From positions 1 to 19,280 of IMG/VR virus record IMGVR_UViG_2711768037_000017: a stretch of DNA of 19,280 bases. One strand, given 5' to 3'. The notes under the pieces were generated by a model that saw nothing but the letters and a program-made list of their open reading frames with translations, was not told the DNA's origin and did not search any database. The position numbers were made by a program, and so were the translations under genes. This document shows, piece by piece, positions 1 through 7,231 of the stretch. Within the stretch, counting starts at the first letter, position 1; each line of letters opens with the position of its first letter. This DNA comes from a virus (Duplodnaviria > Heunggongvirae > Uroviricota > Caudoviricetes).

Positions 1-1158
1 ATGCTCACCGTTAAGCAAATTGAAGCAGCAAAGCCGAAAGAAAAACCATACCGCCTTCTCGATGGTAATGGCCTGTACCTTTATGTCCCTGTATCAGGGA
101 AAAAGGTATGGCAGCTTCGCTACAAGATTGACGGTAAGGAGAAAATCCTGACCGTCGGAAAATATCCGCTTATGACTTTGCAAGAGGCAAGGGATAAAGC
201 ATGGACTGCGAGGAAAGACATCTCGGTTGGCATCGATCCGGTAAAGGCGAAAAAGGCTTCGTCTAACAACAATTCCTTTAGCGCCATTTACAAGGAATGG
301 TACGAGCACAAGAAGCAAGTCTGGTCAGTAGGCTATGCAAATGAACTTGCAAAAATGTTTGATGACGACATTTTACCCATCATCGGCGGTCTTGAAATTC
401 AGGATATTGAGCCGATGCAACTACTGGAAGTAATCCGCAGATTTGAAGATCGCGGTGCAATGGAGCGAGCAAATAAAGCCCGCAGAAGATGCGGCGAGGT
501 TTTCCGTTACGCTATTGTCACTGGTAGGGCTAAATATAACCCGGCACCTGACCTTGCTGACGCCATGAAGGGATACCGCAAGAAGAACTTCCCATTTTTA
601 CCTGCCGACCAGATCCCGGCATTCAACAAAGCACTTGCAACATTTTCAGGAAGTATCGTATCGCTCATTGCGACCAAAGTTTTACGCTACACAGCCCTAA
701 GAACGAAAGAGCTTCGTTCCATGCAATGGAAGAACGTCGATTTTGAAAACAGGATTATCACTATCGACGCCAGTGTGATGAAGGGACGCAAGATTCATGT
801 TGTCCCGATGTCGGACCAGGTGGTTGAACTTCTCACTACGCTAAGCTCCATCACCAAACCAGTATCAGAGTTTGTTTTTGCCGGGCGCAACGATAAGAAG
901 AAGCCAATCTGCGAGAACGCGGTATTGCTTGTGATCAAACAAATCGGCTATGAGGGCCTGGAAAGCGGTCACGGATTCAGGCATGAATTCAGCACGATTA
1001 TGAACGAGCACGAATGGCCTGCTGACGCTATTGAAGTGCAACTGGCACATGCCAACGGCGGATCTGTGCGCGGGATTTACAACCATGCTCAGTATCTCGA
1101 TAAGCGCAGAGAAATGATGCAGTGGTGGGCGGACTGGCTTGATGAAAAGGTGGAGTGA
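1..1158 (+). CDS. int: Tyrosine site-specific integrase, IntS/P4 family (385 aa)
   Basis: Full-length ORF beginning at window position 1. N-terminus MLTVKQIEAAKPKEKPYRLLDGNGLYLYV is the characteristic start of argW-type prophage integrases (CPS-53 IntS, Shigella serotype-converting phages) as I recall them. The C-terminal catalytic region contains HGFRHEF and a downstream tyrosine (RGIYNHAQY). Confidence 0.93.
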   Translation: MLTVKQIEAAKPKEKPYRLLDGNGLYLYVPVSGKKVWQLRYKIDGKEKILTVGKYPLMTLQEARDKAWTARKDISVGIDPVKAKKASSNNNSFSAIYKEWYEHKKQVWSVGYANELAKMFDDDILPIIGGLEIQDIEPMQLLEVIRRFEDRGAMERANKARRRCGEVFRYAIVTGRAKYNPAPDLADAMKGYRKKNFPFLPADQIPAFNKALATFSGSIVSLIATKVLRYTALRTKELRSMQWKNVDFENRIITIDASVMKGRKIHVVPMSDQVVELLTTLSSITKPVSEFVFAGRNDKKKPICENAVLLVIKQIGYEGLESGHGFRHEFSTIMNEHEWPADAIEVQLAHANGGSVRGIYNHAQYLDKRREMMQWWADWLDEKVE

Positions 1159-1364
1159 TCCACATTAACCACTATCGGATAGTACAAAGCTTTGTGTGCC
1201 TCGTTCATGCCTCACATTACCTGGCAATCATCAAATTCACCAGAACGTTCATAAATCGTCTTTGTGATCTGCTTCACTGTTAGACGTAATACTTTTTGCA
1301 GTTATTTTATAATCATAGAAATGCTCATCATGAGCAGTGAGTTGGTGATCTGCGCTGGTAGCCC

Positions 1365-1373
1365 TGCTATAAT
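1365..1373 (+). promoter_or_regulatory. Candidate extended -10 promoter element (TGcTATAAT) for the acyltransferase gene
   Basis: TG-n-TATAAT at 1365-1373, about 20-30 nt upstream of the first ATG codons of the acyltransferase ORF (1392, 1404). No convincing -35 hexamer. Sequence pattern only. Confidence 0.3.
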
Positions 1374-1391
1374 CCTTTGAAATTTTATCTC

Positions 1392-1946
1392 ATGGTGTGC
1401 ATTATGATCTTTGAGGCGCAAAGTCTTTATTTATATTTTTTGTCTCTTTTAGCCGTTGTGTTATGTATTACACTATTGACACGATATAACTATTTTTCTC
1501 ACATCAACTTTGCAAGTAACAGGTATTTCTTTATAGACGGATTGCGTGGGATAGCTGCGTTCAGCGTTCTTATTAATCACGGCGCTCATACAATTATTAC
1601 CAATGGAGTTCAGCCCATATTTATAGACTTCACAAAATACTCCATCACAGGGAATATGGGTAGCTTCGGTGTACAGATTTTCTTTTGCATTACAGGATTT
1701 TTGTTCTTTGATAAATTAATAAAAGGAAATAATACATTTGACTGGAATAAATTTTATGTTGCTCGGATAAAAAGACTCGTTCCTCTATATATGCTTACTG
1801 CGCTTTTGGTGGCAATTTTAGCTATTATATTATCCGGCAGTTCAGCAAGGCTTAACTTTGTTGATTTTTCAAGCTTCCTAAATTTTTTTGGGTTTGGATT
1901 TTTGGGCACAGAAATCTTCATTGGCTCTTTTAACGCATCAGGATAA
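1392..1946 (+). CDS. Membrane O-acyltransferase (Acyl_transf_3/OafA-Oac-like), N-terminal portion, ended by an in-frame TAA; probable lysogenic-conversion gene, likely a pseudogene
   Basis: Translation contains the family motifs FIDGLRGIAAFSVLINH and RIKRLVPLY and is strongly hydrophobic. Very AT-rich relative to its neighbours. The ORF track starts at TTG 1377, which lies only 4 nt after the putative -10, so ATG 1392 or ATG 1404 is the more likely start. Stop TAA at 1944-1946 is in frame with the next ORF. Confidence 0.75.
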   Translation: MVCIMIFEAQSLYLYFLSLLAVVLCITLLTRYNYFSHINFASNRYFFIDGLRGIAAFSVLINHGAHTIITNGVQPIFIDFTKYSITGNMGSFGVQIFFCITGFLFFDKLIKGNNTFDWNKFYVARIKRLVPLYMLTALLVAILAIILSGSSARLNFVDFSSFLNFFGFGFLGTEIFIGSFNASG

Positions 1947-1952
1947 AATGCG

Positions 1953-2531
1953 GTGATATGGACTCTACCGTATGAATGGAGGTTTTATTTAATTTTCCCT
2001 CTATTATCGATTGCCATCGCAAGCAAGAGATATGGTATGTTTGCCATTTCCGCAGTAATGTTACTTGCGGCAAGAGACTTTATGACAGAATTTGTTTTGT
2101 GGCCATATTTTATAGTTGGCGCCTTAGGTGCATATATATTCAATAAATCTTATGTTAACATTGATGATAAATATTGGATATTCTCATTCATTTCTTTCAT
2201 AGCTATTTTTGTTATCTTCTGCTCTTCCGCAGACAGCTATGGACGAATCAGATTTGCATGCATTTCATTACTATTTATAATGGTACTTATAACTAAACCA
2301 AAAATATTTAAAATAAAATCATTAGTTTATTTAGGTGAGGCAAGTTATAGTCTTTATTTGCTGCATTTGCCTATCATGGCTATAGTAATGAGAACAATAA
2401 ATAATTTCTATAACCTATCGAGCATGTCTACTGTGAATTACACAATTTTGATAGCCTTTATTGCATCTCTGTGTAGCGTTATTTCCTGTATCTGTTTTAA
2501 GAATTTTGAGTGGAGATTCATTAAAAAGTAA
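1953..2531 (+). CDS. Membrane O-acyltransferase (Acyl_transf_3), C-terminal portion, in the same frame as the preceding ORF
   Basis: Same reading frame as 1392-1946 (1377 and 1953 are both divisible by 3). Translation carries the downstream family motifs WTLPYEWRFYLIFP (WSLxxE-type) and GEASYSLYLLHLP. ORF track start is GTG 1953. The two ORFs together are the length of a single acyltransferase. Confidence 0.75.
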   Translation: MIWTLPYEWRFYLIFPLLSIAIASKRYGMFAISAVMLLAARDFMTEFVLWPYFIVGALGAYIFNKSYVNIDDKYWIFSFISFIAIFVIFCSSADSYGRIRFACISLLFIMVLITKPKIFKIKSLVYLGEASYSLYLLHLPIMAIVMRTINNFYNLSSMSTVNYTILIAFIASLCSVISCICFKNFEWRFIKK

Positions 2532-2535
2532 CATT

Positions 2536-2553
2536 GCGGGGCGATGGCCCCGC
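2536..2553. terminator. Bidirectional intrinsic terminator between convergent acyltransferase and tailspike genes
   Basis: Perfect GC-rich inverted repeat GCGGGGC-gatg-GCCCCGC at 2536-2553. On the plus strand it is followed by ttgattt; on the minus strand by a U-rich tract a few nt away. It lies between the acyltransferase stop (2529-2531) and the tailspike stop (2564-2566). Confidence 0.6.
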
Positions 2554-2563
2554 TTGATTTCCG

Positions 2564-4762
2564 CTACGCTATATTAAGATTACCATATGTATTGTTTCCA
2601 AGACCATACCATGCCCAGTTTGTTCCTGATGCAGGAGTACCTGCATTGTGAATCATATCGCCTATATTTATCAGCACTTTCCCAGGGTATGTTGTAGTAG
2701 GAGCAGTGTCTATTCCAGCAGACACATCGGCAAAACGCCAACCACAGGAAACCATATCTGCGTTATCTCTAAATTTCTTAATTGAAAACGTGTATCTGTT
2801 TCCTCTATATATCATTCCAGCAAAACTAGGCCAGTCAATAAGTTGATTTACTGGTGAGTTTAAAGTGTTACTAAACTCATTATTTTCAATAACTGGTTCA
2901 TCGATACGCACACCCGAAGTTGATACTAGATATGTAGAATCAAAGTCGTTGTCAGAAATAATTGGAGCATAACCACCAATTTCACAACCTGTATTGCCAT
3001 GAACAAAATATGACTTATTCCCTCGGTATATAGATTTTCTCCATGTGGGCATTGTTACTTTTACGGCATCAGTTCTATCAAACTGGTTGTTTTCAATCAC
3101 AAGTCCATAACAATATGCAGACATCTGAGTTTCAGCATAATCATTTATGGCATAACCACCGCCTTTAAATGTATTTTTTGTTATTTTAATTCCATTGAAT
3201 GATGTTGAGTAGTCATTACTACCATTCCAGATAATTAGAATATGAGATGAAAATGTGCCATCCTCGTTCTGATCCCCAATGCTTATATTGCTATCAATAA
3301 CAACATTCTGCGCTGCAACACCGTTAGATTCACCTCCTATCTCAACGAATATTCCTTGTCCTGTTTTGATGTTATTCGATATAACTGCACCACCAGTCAC
3401 CCCCCAAGGAGTAATCCTAGACTGAATACTTATAGGGCTTATAAAGTGATTTCTTTCTGCAATTAAATATTTTGTTCTTGCTGAGCACGCAAAATCTTCA
3501 CCAAAAGTATGCCATTTTCTGCCTGTTCTGTACGTTTGGCAGTCAATCATCTTAGCAATTCCATTAAGATTTTTAGTGAAAAATGTATAATTTGTTACCA
3601 AATCAGTCCTTACATTGCTAAGAGTTATATCCTCATTTGGTATAGCACCGTCACCATCAGCATCTGCCATTACAAAGATTCTTGCAGCCAATACGTCAAT
3701 ATCATTAATAGATCCACTACTCCCCTCAAGTGCGAAACCAAACCAATTCTCTTGAGGGGTAAACGTGGTATCTGAAGGTCCAGTTGAAAAATTTGTGCAT
3801 GACTGGTTTAACTTTATACCATTAAATTTAAAGTTTTTGCAGTTGAATAAACCAAAGCAAACACGCTCAGCCTCACCATTTCCATCTGTATTTATATTTA
3901 CATCATTATCTGCGTAAACAAATAAATTATTTTTACCATTAATTACAATTGCTGTTTTACGTATAACACCTGCAGAGTCATGATATTGCTGGCTGATTTG
4001 GTAATTAAACTTTATCTCACCGGCGCTAAAACGTATTGCTCTAACACCACCAAATTTTGATATACAAGCGTTAACCGATGCCGTTGAATCATGCACTCCG
4101 TTAATATCATGTCCAGCCCAAACTGTATGTATGCCATCGAGCACACAATTCGAACGGATCCAGCAACCAGAGCCACCACCATCACTCTCACCAGTTCCCG
4201 CAAGGAAAGCAGCGAGCTCAGCATACGAACCATCCCACGGAACTGTGGGGCTAAATATGGTGATACCGTTGTGCTGAGATTTAGGCATGCTGGCATCCCA
4301 GTAAAACTGCCCGCCGCCAAAGTTGGTTCCTGGTACGTATCCAATTACATTTAATGTGTGATTCCCAGCAGGCTCGCTCATTAAGGTATGGATGTCAGGA
4401 ACATTCTCCATTCGCTGGCTAAACTGATCGGGATCATACTTCAGCACATTGGGAAAATAGAACTGCTGCGAACCATACGCATCATATACAGCCATGGAAT
4501 GGCCTTGCACAGTTACGAACTTGGCAATCTGTCCGTTATATACCGGATATCCGGCAGCGTTAATGATTATTGGTTGCGAAACAGGAACGTGAGAGCCGTC
4601 TTCGTTCTCTATATAAACCTGAATCTGGTTTTCTGAATTTACGGGGTCAGCGTCAATTTTACCGATATAAATTTTGCCATTGGCTACGGCTTTAAAAGAA
4701 CGAGCCATAGTGAAGAGTTGCGAAGGCATGCTTACCACAACATTTGCGGTGATATCTGACAT
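2564..4762 (-). CDS. Tailspike protein: P22-family N-terminal head-binding domain plus divergent C-terminal receptor-binding/depolymerase domain (733 aa)
   Basis: N-terminal ~115 aa ([42 protein letters not shown]...VLKYDPDQF) closely matches the head-binding domain of P22, Sf6 and HK620 tailspikes as I recall them. Start chosen at the internal Met (ATG at 4762-4760) with a GGAG Shine-Dalgarno 8 nt upstream. The 16-codon upstream extension in the ORF track is not present in homologues. The remaining ~620 aa is Gly/Asn/Ser-rich, consistent with a beta-helix receptor domain. Confidence 0.9.
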   Translation of the reverse strand: MSDITANVVVSMPSQLFTMARSFKAVANGKIYIGKIDADPVNSENQIQVYIENEDGSHVPVSQPIIINAAGYPVYNGQIAKFVTVQGHSMAVYDAYGSQQFYFPNVLKYDPDQFSQRMENVPDIHTLMSEPAGNHTLNVIGYVPGTNFGGGQFYWDASMPKSQHNGITIFSPTVPWDGSYAELAAFLAGTGESDGGGSGCWIRSNCVLDGIHTVWAGHDINGVHDSTASVNACISKFGGVRAIRFSAGEIKFNYQISQQYHDSAGVIRKTAIVINGKNNLFVYADNDVNINTDGNGEAERVCFGLFNCKNFKFNGIKLNQSCTNFSTGPSDTTFTPQENWFGFALEGSSGSINDIDVLAARIFVMADADGDGAIPNEDITLSNVRTDLVTNYTFFTKNLNGIAKMIDCQTYRTGRKWHTFGEDFACSARTKYLIAERNHFISPISIQSRITPWGVTGGAVISNNIKTGQGIFVEIGGESNGVAAQNVVIDSNISIGDQNEDGTFSSHILIIWNGSNDYSTSFNGIKITKNTFKGGGYAINDYAETQMSAYCYGLVIENNQFDRTDAVKVTMPTWRKSIYRGNKSYFVHGNTGCEIGGYAPIISDNDFDSTYLVSTSGVRIDEPVIENNEFSNTLNSPVNQLIDWPSFAGMIYRGNRYTFSIKKFRDNADMVSCGWRFADVSAGIDTAPTTTYPGKVLINIGDMIHNAGTPASGTNWAWYGLGNNTYGNLNIA

Positions 4763-4883
4763 TTCATTGCTCCAGACGAATGATATGATGCAACCATGAT
4801 GTGATTGCATACCGAAATGGTACTATTGAGTATTTATCCAGTAGGTTACGATGCCATTCCACCCAACTGGTGAGGCATCAAGG
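4763..4883. promoter_or_regulatory. Divergent intergenic control region between tailspike and mnt (candidate Pmnt and Mnt operator)
   Basis: A 121-bp non-coding gap between two divergently oriented starts. Contains the inverted repeat ATGCAA-N11-TTGCAT (4788-4810) and AT-rich -10-like hexamers. By position it corresponds to the mnt/arc-ant control region of P22 immI. No operator could be identified with confidence. Confidence 0.35.
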
Positions 4884-5144
4884 ATGTACAGCAAATACGA
4901 CGAGGCGCAGTTTCACTTGAGACTTCCGCATGAACTCCACGCGAAAATTAAGCAGCGTGCGAAGATGAATAACAGGTCGCTGAACTCAGAGATAATTGCA
5001 GCGATTGAAGAATCATTGGCTAAACAAAGCTCTGCATCTGTTTACATTGACGATGCAGAGCGTATGGCAGAACAACAATCTGATATGGTTAAGAAAATTG
5101 TCTTTGATACGCTCAAAGAGCTATATAAAAAAGACAGCAGCTAA
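4884..5144 (+). CDS. mnt: Mnt-like ribbon-helix-helix (Arc/MetJ family) repressor (86 aa)
   Basis: C-terminal half DAERMAEQQSDMVKKIVFDTLKELYKK is nearly identical to the P22 Mnt tetramerisation region as I recall it (DAERLADEQSELVKKMVFDTLKDLYKK). The N-terminus has the RHH beta-strand/helix layout (QFHLRLPHELHAKIKQRAKMNNRSLNSEI). Start placed at internal ATG 4884 with a GAGG Shine-Dalgarno 8 nt upstream; the ORF track begins at 4851. Confidence 0.85.
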   Translation: MYSKYDEAQFHLRLPHELHAKIKQRAKMNNRSLNSEIIAAIEESLAKQSSASVYIDDAERMAEQQSDMVKKIVFDTLKELYKKDSS

Positions 5145-5164
5145 CCATCAGTTACGGAGGATTT

Positions 5165-5242
5165 ATGCAAAGAGATATGCTGAATATTGCGTTCTACATA
5201 TTTGGTTTTTGCACGTTCCTGGTGTTTGCGAAGCTATTCTGA
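5165..5242 (+). CDS. Hypothetical 25-aa hydrophobic peptide (MQRDMLNIAFYIFGFCTFLVFAKLF), possible small membrane protein or gene remnant
   Basis: ATG at 5165 is preceded by GGAGG (5156-5160) with 4-nt spacing, 21 nt after the mnt stop. The product is one predicted transmembrane helix. It overlaps the 3' end of the convergent gp16-like gene by 9 nt. Too short for the ORF track; entirely predictive. Confidence 0.2.
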   Translation: MQRDMLNIAFYIFGFCTFLVFAKLF

Positions 5243-7231
5243 CAACGCATCAGACTTGGCACCCTGAGTCAGGGCGTTAATGGCCTTTTGCGCCTGCTGC
5301 ATGGCTTTCTCAAACGCTGTTGATCCGCGTGGTGTGTTTGCCATTCGGAGCATTGCATTTCTGAATGGCTCGCTCTCATAGGCGCGAGTAAGAAGTCCGT
5401 AGCTTACCGCTGCGCCAGTTGTCGCCGGGTTCATTGCCGTCCCATACCCGATAATGAACGGGATGGTTTGCTGCCCTGTTGGTGTTGTTACTGCCGCTTT
5501 TGCAGCCTGCTGCGTGGATTGCAGGTAGTTTTTCAATCCTTTCAGATAAGCAGCGTCCTGCCCCTTAAATGTGATGCCAGTCTGGTTTTGCAGGATGTTA
5601 AGCTGTCGAAGGAACTGATCAGGGGAACCACCTGATTTCTCCATCGCTTTTCCAATGATGCCATTGCGCATTTGCGCCCTGCCAACACGACCAACTGAGT
5701 TATACAGCGTCTTAATTTCCGATTTGTTCTTGCTGAATAGCATGTTGTTGACAACTTCCGGCGTCAGGTCGCCTTTCATGAGAACATTCTTCAGCCTGGT
5801 ATTCTTTAGTTTCGCCGCTTCGTCAGCGTAGACGGCATTGGCCTGCTGATATTTACGGAGAGTATCGTTGCCAAGATTCTGACCAATGGCACCATTGATA
5901 TCGTCAGTCATTGCCTTGTAAACGCGCTGAATGGCAGCATCGGAACGGTTTGGTAACACTGGTCGCTCACCCTTCACGTCCATTCTGAACTGGCTGCGCA
6001 GGTCGCTTAATTGCTTCAAATCCAGAGTTACCGGACCATCAGGGCCAGCATTGCGAACAAGCTCATCACGATATGACTGAAGTTTTGAAATTGTCTCGTT
6101 ATCAGCTACCTTACCAAGCTTCTGCAGGTTAGATATTTCTGTATCAATCTGCTGAATTGCTCGCGCAGGCTGAATGTTTACTCCAGCCATAGCATTCTGA
6201 ACCTGCTCCAGTCGATTACCGGCGGCACGACGAATTCCTGATGTTTTCGCTTTAAGGCTGTCAATAACAACCGCTGGATCATACTCACCGAATTTATCAG
6301 CAAATCTCTGCACCAACTGGCTTCTCGCTTCCTGTTGCGTTGCTCTCATTCCGCTTGTGCCAGCTAGAGGGATATTTTCTGCTGTAGTCTGCGCCATTTT
6401 TCCGACGCGGGAAGTTGGTTGTAACAGGTCTGTGGTGTGCAGAGGAACTCCTTCACGCTCTGCAAATCTGATAGCCTGCTGAGCTTCTGGCGCGATAGCA
6501 CCACGAACGCCACGATAAGCAGCACCTAATCCACGTCCGGCAGCGTTAATAGCACCGCCAGCAAGTACACCAACGCCTAAATCGGTGGCGAGTGCTTCCG
6601 CATCATCTTTCGCACTATTTGCAGCAAGTGATCCAACTGCGTTTTCTGCTAGAAGGCGAGTTGCCCCCTGAGCAATTCGACCAGCAAGTGTTGGTGCCTG
6701 TGTTGCCGCTCTCTCAATGCCAGCAGGAGTGAGGTAAGGCAATGCCTCAGCAAATACCCTGCCCTCTGTAGTTTGTGGAGTCAGCGCGCCTTGCTGAAGG
6801 CCAAAGTCCTGCTCTAATCCCTGAGTTGTTACTCGTGGCGCTGGTTGATATGTCCCATCGCCAATTCCGAGTTTACCGCCAGCCCAAGCCGCCGCGCTTG
6901 TTACAGCATCTGCAACTGATGCAGGTATGTTTGCCACGTTCACGCCCGCCTGCACCAGTCCGCGACCAGTCTCTTTTACTGCTTCACCAAGATCAGACAT
7001 AAATCCACTTTGCTGTGGTTGTTGCTGTGCTACTGGTTGCTGTGTCTCCACTGGCTGCACAGATGGCAATGGATAGGCAGCATAGAAAGCTTGCTTAGCC
7101 TGCTCTGCATTTTCTCCGGCTTGCGGGGCAACGACTTCATTGAAGTATTGCTCCTGAGCCTGCGCTTTTTGTTCTGGTGCTAACGCCTGATACTGTGGAG
7201 AGGCGATAACATCTTTCCATGCTTTAGCCAT
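5234..7231 (-). CDS. Ejection (internal/injection) protein, P22 gp16-like (665 aa)
   Basis: Last gene of the late operon, in the gp16 position by synteny. Large Ala/Gln/Gly-rich protein. Its start overlaps the upstream gene's stop (TAATG at 7229-7233). Confidence 0.7.
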   Translation of the reverse strand: MAKAWKDVIASPQYQALAPEQKAQAQEQYFNEVVAPQAGENAEQAKQAFYAAYPLPSVQPVETQQPVAQQQPQQSGFMSDLGEAVKETGRGLVQAGVNVANIPASVADAVTSAAAWAGGKLGIGDGTYQPAPRVTTQGLEQDFGLQQGALTPQTTEGRVFAEALPYLTPAGIERAATQAPTLAGRIAQGATRLLAENAVGSLAANSAKDDAEALATDLGVGVLAGGAINAAGRGLGAAYRGVRGAIAPEAQQAIRFAEREGVPLHTTDLLQPTSRVGKMAQTTAENIPLAGTSGMRATQQEARSQLVQRFADKFGEYDPAVVIDSLKAKTSGIRRAAGNRLEQVQNAMAGVNIQPARAIQQIDTEISNLQKLGKVADNETISKLQSYRDELVRNAGPDGPVTLDLKQLSDLRSQFRMDVKGERPVLPNRSDAAIQRVYKAMTDDINGAIGQNLGNDTLRKYQQANAVYADEAAKLKNTRLKNVLMKGDLTPEVVNNMLFSKNKSEIKTLYNSVGRVGRAQMRNGIIGKAMEKSGGSPDQFLRQLNILQNQTGITFKGQDAAYLKGLKNYLQSTQQAAKAAVTTPTGQQTIPFIIGYGTAMNPATTGAAVSYGLLTRAYESEPFRNAMLRMANTPRGSTAFEKAMQQAQKAINALTQGAKSDALSE

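Noticed and set aside
94-1086. Minus-strand ORFs 94-318 and 865-1086 inside the integrase gene
   Set aside because: Antisense to a full-length, well-supported integrase gene with no supporting features.
1159-1376. Possible attP core or tRNA 3' fragment downstream of int
   Set aside because: No tRNA-like 3' end (T-arm, acceptor, CCA) recognised; attachment is more likely upstream of int, outside the window.
1377-1391. TTG start at 1377 for the acyltransferase
   Set aside because: It lies only 4 nt downstream of the candidate -10 hexamer and is a rare start codon; ATG 1392 or 1404 is more plausible, though this remains uncertain.
3509-4636. Several 80-110 aa ORFs on both strands inside the tailspike gene (3509-3775, 4012-4344, 4091-4354, 4388-4636)
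   Set aside because: All lie within the tailspike coding region in alternative frames or antisense, and none has features suggesting a real gene.
4763-4810. 16-codon N-terminal extension of the tailspike ORF ([16 protein letters not shown])
   Set aside because: Homologous tailspikes begin at the [18 protein letters not shown] methionine, and that internal ATG has a good Shine-Dalgarno; the extension is probably untranslated leader.
4851-4883. 11-codon N-terminal extension of the mnt ORF (MPFHPTGEASR)
   Set aside because: P22 Mnt begins close to the RHH beta-strand, and the internal ATG at 4884 has a GAGG Shine-Dalgarno at proper spacing.
4996-5280. 94-aa plus-strand ORF overlapping the mnt 3' end and the gp16-like 3' end
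   Set aside because: Out of frame with mnt and overlapping two better-supported genes; no ribosome binding site and a basic low-complexity product.
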